From assembly GCA_046582655.1 (NCBI GenBank), contig JAYGDX010000340.1, forward strand, positions 1-19,437: 19,437 nt of DNA, written 5' to 3'. The stretch's first letter is position 1; every line of letters begins with the position of its first letter. This DNA comes from Candidatus Poribacteria bacterium (GTDB lineage Bacteria > Poribacteria > WGA-4E > UBA9662). Under the pieces are notes generated by a model. That model was not told the origin of the DNA, did no database searches, and saw only the letters and a list, made by a program, of their open reading frames with translations. Of the stretch, positions 14,252 through 19,437 are shown one piece after another. A program made the translations under genes and the position numbers.

Positions 14252-16894
14252 ATGGCATCTATTAGAACAAACCTACAAGCGAGCTTGATATCCCGGCAAT
14301 TGTCCAATATCAATCGTCGTTTCAGTACCAACCTTGAGAGGTTGTCCACAGGGTTAAGGCTTAATCGGCCTGATGATTCTCCAGGGACATATGGTGTTGT
14401 CAGTTTTCAGCGTCAGCAGATTCAGGCTCTGGGGCAAGGCGTAATCAATGCTCAGAACGCTGCTGGGTTCTTGCAAACGGCTGAGGAAGGTATTAACTCT
14501 TTGATCGATATACTGAATCGCGCGTTTGATCTGGCTGTTACGGCAGCGGACGCAACCCTAACGTCGGGTCAGCGTCAGCAAGCCCAAGACGAAATGTCGA
14601 TGTTGCTGACTGCTAGTGATGGTTCTTCAGAGTTAAACCAAATCCTGAAAAACGTGAAGTATAACGGTCAAAGACTCTTGGCTGATTCCCAGCAAGCCGC
14701 TGCCATACAAAACGTTTCGCTGGGTAACGTGGGTGGGGATAGAGAAGGTGATACCGTTAAAGGTGGAGATCTGACCCAGCTTTTGTATGTTAAACAAGGA
14801 ATTGCGGATAGTGGCAATACCACCATAATTACAGCAAGAACTGGAGTAGCTGTTAACTCTTTGACAAGTTCGCTCGCTGATATAGCCTTTGAGTTGCTGA
14901 CGACGACAGGAATCGGTAGCCTTGACAACACAGGGCTTATCGGATTGACCAATACGGGAAGTACAATCGTTAAAGAAAGCGGTTTGATCATTGCGCTGAG
15001 TAATAACGATACGGGTGATTTTACAGTAGGTGATACCTTAGAACTCAAACTGGAGGATCTGGATACAGGTGGCAACGTCACTGCCACTTATAGGGATGAG
15101 GTGATTGTTGTAGATATTACTGCAGCGTCGATGACTGGAACATCGGTAGCAAATGCGGCATCGGTTACGGTAATTAATTCTGCTGGTTTCACTACAGCGC
15201 TTAACTTGATTTCTCAGAAGACTATCCAAACTAACGGGGTTTCAACCAATCAGGCTTTTACCATGAGTCGGATTCCGACGACATTCTTAGTCGATTCAAC
15301 CGGAGCAACGATTAAGACTTCCAATAGTTTTGACTTCACCCCGGCAGAGGATGCGATATCGATTCGCGAAGTGCTGCATGTGGGTGTTAAGCTTCAGCCA
15401 ACGGGTGAAACCAACACTACCGCTGCCACGATAAATCGTGTTAACCTGAGTTTTACTGGTAACGATGCTGTCAATATAAGTGGGAAAATACAAGCAGCTA
15501 TTGAAAGCCAACTCGGTGGTGAATACCGTAGTGGGGGTTCTTTGCATATCAGGGTTGTTCCTGTTGTCGATGTATATAAAGCGACCGTGGAAACAATAGA
15601 TTTCCATACATCAGGGTCGGTTGTCAACGCGTTTAAAGTGGGGTCTGAAGCTGAATTGACCACCGATCTTTATACTCGAACGACCAGCGCTATTGGTTCG
15701 GGGACTAATGCTTCACTGGGTGCTCTTGGTACTTCTCTAGTGAAAGGGGCAGAATTCGCTGATCTGACGAAAGTTAGATTCAAATTTGTCACGGATACGT
15801 CGGCTGGTGTGCAGTCCACTCCAGAAATGAGAGTGATGTCGGACGATTTGACAGGATACGATACTAGTACCACCAGGACTGACAATCTCTTTGGCAATGC
15901 CATGTTGTCTGCTGACGGAGAACACGGTAATGACAAATTCATGCTTACTGTTGATGGTGAGGAAGTTGAGGTTGATTTGGATATTGCAGGCGCGAGTTCA
16001 GTTAACTCGGTTGTTGGCAGCTTTATCACGCAGTATGAAAGTGGTAGCACCTATGCCACTGATCAAACTTCAGGGGTTCATACTAAGTCTGTAAGTGTAG
16101 ATATCGGTCGACTTGGTATTTCAATGGCGGCAGGCATAGCTACTGAAACGGCGGGTGCAAACTATCTGGTAGGAGGATATTCCGACCGGATTTATTCTGG
16201 CGGTTATCTTAGCCCGGATCACATGTCCAATGCGTTGCAAACTGCCATTAATTCAGCGACTCAGCATGCTGCGGATGTCAGCGTTTCCTATGACAAGTCA
16301 TCGCGTACCTTAACTTCGACCACGACCAGTCGCATGAATCAAAGTTCACTTGAAGTTGGCAAAGGTGTGGCAACAACTATTTCGATTGGTACTGCGAACC
16401 TTACCAGTTTGATTGATACCAGTAAGAATTCCGCTGGCTTTGTTGGGGCTTTAGGTTTCTCTCAGGGAGCATCTGCAACTGGAACGGGTTCTGACTTCCA
16501 GTTTAGGCTCGGTGGCTCAGGTGATACTTACGGTATCACGATCGACACGCTGGGACTGCAAAACTTTGGTGCCGACAACGTTGATATGTCAAGCCTTAAT
16601 ATTTCAACGCAAGGTGGTGCCGGTGCGGCTGTAAGCTTGATTGAAAAGGCGCTTGAGAGTGTCAGTTCAACTCAGGTCAAGATTGGTGCTAGTATCAACC
16701 ATATGTCACGTCGTATAAACGTGATGGAATCCCATCGGGAAGCATTAGTTGGTGCAAAAGCTAGGTTAGAGGAAATCGATTTCACAGAAGAGACTCGGAA
16801 CCTTGCCAGTCTGCAGATCCTACTGCAATCCAGTACAGCTGCCTTAGCGCAAGCGAACATTATACCGCAAACGCTGCTACAGCTGCTGGCCTAA
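14252..16894 (+). CDS. fliC: Flagellin, 880 aa, with a large Ser/Thr-rich hypervariable region
   Basis: N-terminal IRTN...ERLSTGLRLN...NAQNAAGFLQTAE and C-terminal RLEEIDFTEE...QILLQSSTAALAQANIIPQTLLQLL. Followed by flaG and fliS. Confidence 0.95.
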   Translation: MASIRTNLQASLISRQLSNINRRFSTNLERLSTGLRLNRPDDSPGTYGVVSFQRQQIQALGQGVINAQNAAGFLQTAEEGINSLIDILNRAFDLAVTAADATLTSGQRQQAQDEMSMLLTASDGSSELNQILKNVKYNGQRLLADSQQAAAIQNVSLGNVGGDREGDTVKGGDLTQLLYVKQGIADSGNTTIITARTGVAVNSLTSSLADIAFELLTTTGIGSLDNTGLIGLTNTGSTIVKESGLIIALSNNDTGDFTVGDTLELKLEDLDTGGNVTATYRDEVIVVDITAASMTGTSVANAASVTVINSAGFTTALNLISQKTIQTNGVSTNQAFTMSRIPTTFLVDSTGATIKTSNSFDFTPAEDAISIREVLHVGVKLQPTGETNTTAATINRVNLSFTGNDAVNISGKIQAAIESQLGGEYRSGGSLHIRVVPVVDVYKATVETIDFHTSGSVVNAFKVGSEAELTTDLYTRTTSAIGSGTNASLGALGTSLVKGAEFADLTKVRFKFVTDTSAGVQSTPEMRVMSDDLTGYDTSTTRTDNLFGNAMLSADGEHGNDKFMLTVDGEEVEVDLDIAGASSVNSVVGSFITQYESGSTYATDQTSGVHTKSVSVDIGRLGISMAAGIATETAGANYLVGGYSDRIYSGGYLSPDHMSNALQTAINSATQHAADVSVSYDKSSRTLTSTTTSRMNQSSLEVGKGVATTISIGTANLTSLIDTSKNSAGFVGALGFSQGASATGTGSDFQFRLGGSGDTYGITIDTLGLQNFGADNVDMSSLNISTQGGAGAAVSLIEKALESVSSTQVKIGASINHMSRRINVMESHREALVGAKARLEEIDFTEETRNLASLQILLQSSTAALAQANIIPQTLLQLLA

Positions 16895-16944
16895 AAATTC
16901 TAGGTTGAAGAAAGTGTAGTGTACTTTATCAGTTAGTTATATCG

Positions 16945-16983
16945 ACAAGCACCTGTTGTATTATTACGATGGGTGCTTGTTTA
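16945..16983 (+). terminator. Long hairpin downstream of flagellin (terminator / attenuator / stabiliser)
   Basis: ACAAGCACC-TGTTGTA-ttat-TACGATG-GGTGCTTGT: 9 perfect bp plus 7 bp including G-U pairs, with a short U run. Confidence 0.65.
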
Positions 16984-17020
16984 GCATAATGCAGAGTTTA
17001 CATTTAATGGGGAGGTTCTA

Positions 17021-17464
17021 GTGTCTGTAAGTAAGATAAATGATGCAATGGAACGAGTTGTTAGTGAAATTCAGCGCAATGTTTTTGCTCAGGAAGCGAA
17101 AGTTGACCAACCTGAGAAGTCACAAGCTGTGAAGCAGCAAGAACTTCGTAACAGCGTTTCAAAATCGAAAAGTCCCGGCGACGGGTTGTCCGATTTGAAG
17201 GCAGTTGGCAAAGTGGAAGCTCCTAACCCTACTGAATTGCTAGACAAAGTTAGGGGCGTTATTCCTAAACTCAACTCGGTTATGCACAGTCTTAATTTGA
17301 GGTTGCAATTCGAGGAATTTGCTGAATCCGGTCGTTTTTTCGTTAGGGCAATTGATGTTATTGAGCAAAAAGAAGTTACTCGGGTACCTCAAGAGGAGTT
17401 TTTAAAGCAAGCAGAAGTAACCAAACAGTTTGTCAATGGTTTGTTTCACGACAGCATACGTTAG
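17021..17464 (+). CDS. flaG: Flagellar protein FlaG
   Basis: C-terminal LNLRLQF...SGRFFVRAID....EVTRVPQEEFL...GLFHD. Located after flagellin, with SD GGGGAGG before GTG. Confidence 0.85.
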   Translation: MSVSKINDAMERVVSEIQRNVFAQEAKVDQPEKSQAVKQQELRNSVSKSKSPGDGLSDLKAVGKVEAPNPTELLDKVRGVIPKLNSVMHSLNLRLQFEEFAESGRFFVRAIDVIEQKEVTRVPQEEFLKQAEVTKQFVNGLFHDSIR

Positions 17465-17469
17465 TTTTT

Positions 17470-17913
17470 ATGCAAAATCCTCGTGATCCCTCTCAGCAGT
17501 ATAACGCGGTAAAGATTGAAACCAGTACCGACTTAACTCTGATTTTGTTGGCCTATGATGGGATTATCCGTAAACTTCAGAATGTTGTAGATAATCTTGG
17601 AACCCAGGCCGATAGCATTGAAGAAACGACCAAGGAGTTACTTGATGTCCTCCAAATCGTGGACACTCTTATTGAAGGTTTAAATTTCGATGAAGGTGAG
17701 ATTTCGCTGAAGTTGGAGTCTTTTTATCAATTTGTCCGGGACCAGTTGATCTTTGCCAATATGAATAAAGGTGATGGTGATATAGATAAAGTAAAAGAAG
17801 TCATCCAGTTGATGGAAAAGGTGAAAACCTTTTGGAAGTCGTCCCGAGTTGGATCCGACGAATCTGTCCCATCAGAGCCTACAGAATCTCTTTCAATAGA
17901 TTCTCTCAGTTAA
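17470..17913 (+). CDS. fliS: Flagellin export chaperone FliS
   Basis: QYNAVKIETS..LILLAYDGII, LNFDEGEISLKLESFYQF...LIFAN and VKTFWK. Confidence 0.92.
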   Translation: MQNPRDPSQQYNAVKIETSTDLTLILLAYDGIIRKLQNVVDNLGTQADSIEETTKELLDVLQIVDTLIEGLNFDEGEISLKLESFYQFVRDQLIFANMNKGDGDIDKVKEVIQLMEKVKTFWKSSRVGSDESVPSEPTESLSIDSLS

Positions 17914-17983
17914 CTATCCCTCCTGTTTAATTCCTGTCTCCTCCCTGCAGCTAGAATGTTGCAAGCTAAGTTTGGTATTTTGA

Positions 17984-19437
17984 ATGGATTTAGAGTACTT
18001 CTTACAACAAGCTCATCTTTATTATCAATCAAAAAATGTAGAGGTTGCAAGAAAGATCTATCGACAAATTCTACGTCATGATCCGATGTGTGCCCAAGCA
18101 TGGAATCGTTTGGGTATCATAGCATATGAGTCGGGAAGAACTGCAATTGGCATTCAACTGGTAAGACAGGCGCTTGAGATTAATTCTGACCAACCAGAAT
18201 TTCTAGTGAATTTGGGTCAAATGCTAATGAAGTCAGACAAGTTCATAGAAGCCGTTCGAGTCTTTCAAGATGCTCTGGAAAAAGATCCCAATGACTTGGA
18301 TACAATTACAAGTCTTGGTATTAGTCTCACCAGAGTGGGTAAAATTGATGAAGCGATCCAAATTTATCAATATGGTCTTGAAGCTAATCCTAACTCTGCT
18401 CAAGTCTATAAAAATCTTGGGTGGGCGTTCGAAGAAACGAATAGGCTTGAAAAAGCCATCCAAGCTTATCAAAGTGCTATTCGCATTGATTCGGAGGTTG
18501 GAACTACATATGCAGATCTAGCAAGAGTACTATATGCGAGAGGGAGTCTAGAAGAATCAATAAAAAACTTTAGATATGCACTCAAATATACACCAGAGGA
18601 TGCTCTAACGTACAGCAATTTGGGTACTGCATTTAAGGAAAACGGCCAATTTGACGAAGCTATTCAAGCATACCAAAAAGCAATATCCATTAATCCCAAA
18701 AATGCTGAAGTGCAGAACAGGCTTGGTAACGCCTTCAGAGAGTATGGTATGCTTGACGAAGCTATTCAAGCATACCAAAAAGCAATAGATGCCAATCCCA
18801 AATATGCCGATTCACATAGTAATCTTGGTACATTGCTCTTAATGCAAGGGAACTTGAAACATGGGTGGAAAGAACATGAATGGCGGTGGAAGAGTGAAAA
18901 ATTTGCAAAAAACAATAAAAGACTCTTCCCACATCCATTATGGGATGGTCATCAATTGACAGGAAAAGCTATTGTCATTTGGTCGGAACAAGGTATTGGT
19001 GACTGCATTATGTTTGCTTCGCTCCTCTTCAGACTCCAGCAAAAAGCTGAACGAATTCTGGTTGAAACACAACAGCGAATGGTACTTTTGTTTAGACGTT
19101 CTTTTCCTAATATATGCTTTTTTTGTATTCAAGATCCACCAAATTCTAGGCTCCTAGAGAGATCGATAGATTATCAATCTTCAATTGGTAGTCTTGCTCA
19201 GTGGTTACTTCCAGATGAAGAAAGTTTTCCTAAAAGCTCGAGTTATCTCAAAGCCTGTGCTGATAAAACAGGAGAGGTCAGAGATGAATATCAAAAACTT
19301 GCTATGGGTAAGCTGCTAATCGGTATTTCATGGAAAAGTGTAAATAAGGACATCGGCAAACTCAAGGGTACGTCTTTAATCGAGTGGAAGGATCTGTTGT
19401 CGCAAAAGGATTGCTTTTTCATAAATCTTCAATATGG
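17984..19437 (+). CDS. TPR plus GT9-like glycosyltransferase, truncated by the window end (absent from the ORF track)
   Basis: Starts MDLEYFLQQAHLYYQSKNVEVARKIYRQIL after an in-frame TGA. TPRs, GWKEHEWRW, WSEQGIGDCIMF, GISWKS, ending in FINLQY at the window edge. Paralogue of 9337-11367. Confidence 0.9.
   Translation, partial: MDLEYFLQQAHLYYQSKNVEVARKIYRQILRHDPMCAQAWNRLGIIAYESGRTAIGIQLVRQALEINSDQPEFLVNLGQMLMKSDKFIEAVRVFQDALEKDPNDLDTITSLGISLTRVGKIDEAIQIYQYGLEANPNSAQVYKNLGWAFEETNRLEKAIQAYQSAIRIDSEVGTTYADLARVLYARGSLEESIKNFRYALKYTPEDALTYSNLGTAFKENGQFDEAIQAYQKAISINPKNAEVQNRLGNAFREYGMLDEAIQAYQKAIDANPKYADSHSNLGTLLLMQGNLKHGWKEHEWRWKSEKFAKNNKRLFPHPLWDGHQLTGKAIVIWSEQGIGDCIMFASLLFRLQQKAERILVETQQRMVLLFRRSFPNICFFCIQDPPNSRLLERSIDYQSSIGSLAQWLLPDEESFPKSSSYLKACADKTGEVRDEYQKLAMGKLLIGISWKSVNKDIGKLKGTSLIEWKDLLSQKDCFFINLQY
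18651..18787 (+). repeat. Exact 35-nt direct repeat at 102-nt (one TPR) spacing
   Basis: TTGACGAAGCTATTCAAGCATACCAAAAAGCAATA at 18651-18685 and 18753-18787. Confidence 0.9.

Noticed and set aside
14252..16894. Proteolytic flagellin (flagellinolysin) or FlgL
   Set aside because: No HExxH motif in the insert. The C-terminus is typical filament flagellin, not FlgL.
858..19157. Numerous short overlapping or antisense ORFs in the supplied track (e.g. 1272-1631, 9733-10092, 14668-15087, 18270-18521)
   Set aside because: They are shadow ORFs overlapping well-supported genes and have no recognisable motifs.

Overview
A 19.4-kb bacterial chromosome segment (GC roughly low-40s % by eye) with four blocks. 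(1) An envelope-stress pair, yjfI-like (DUF2170) and pspA/IM30, next to a six-heme c-type cytochrome on the minus strand. (2) A divergent operon that starts with a minimal bacterial microcompartment (BMC) cassette: a BMC-H shell protein, PduL with an encapsulation peptide, and a BMC-type flavoprotein. It continues into secreted and envelope genes (Arg/Ser-tailed secreted protein, DUF5683-like protein, NTF2-like lipoprotein, Wzz/GumC-like protein). (3) A probable flagellin-glycosylation island: three TPR plus GT-B (GT9-like) glycosyltransferases flanking an 880-aa divergent flagellin, flaG and fliS, with no fliD. One glycosyltransferase has a C-terminal MerR-type HTH. (4) Two features missing from the ORF track: a 411-bp internally deleted IS982-like element (terminal inverted repeats, target duplication, transposase fragments) at 11431-11841, and a third TPR-GT gene from 17984 running off the window end. 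The most novel-looking items are the TPR-GT-MerR fusion and a possible GGA-repeat (CsrA-sponge-like) transcript divergent from the flagellin promoter. The gene mix is reminiscent of pelagic Poribacteria, but that is inference only. All family assignments come from motif recognition, not database searches.
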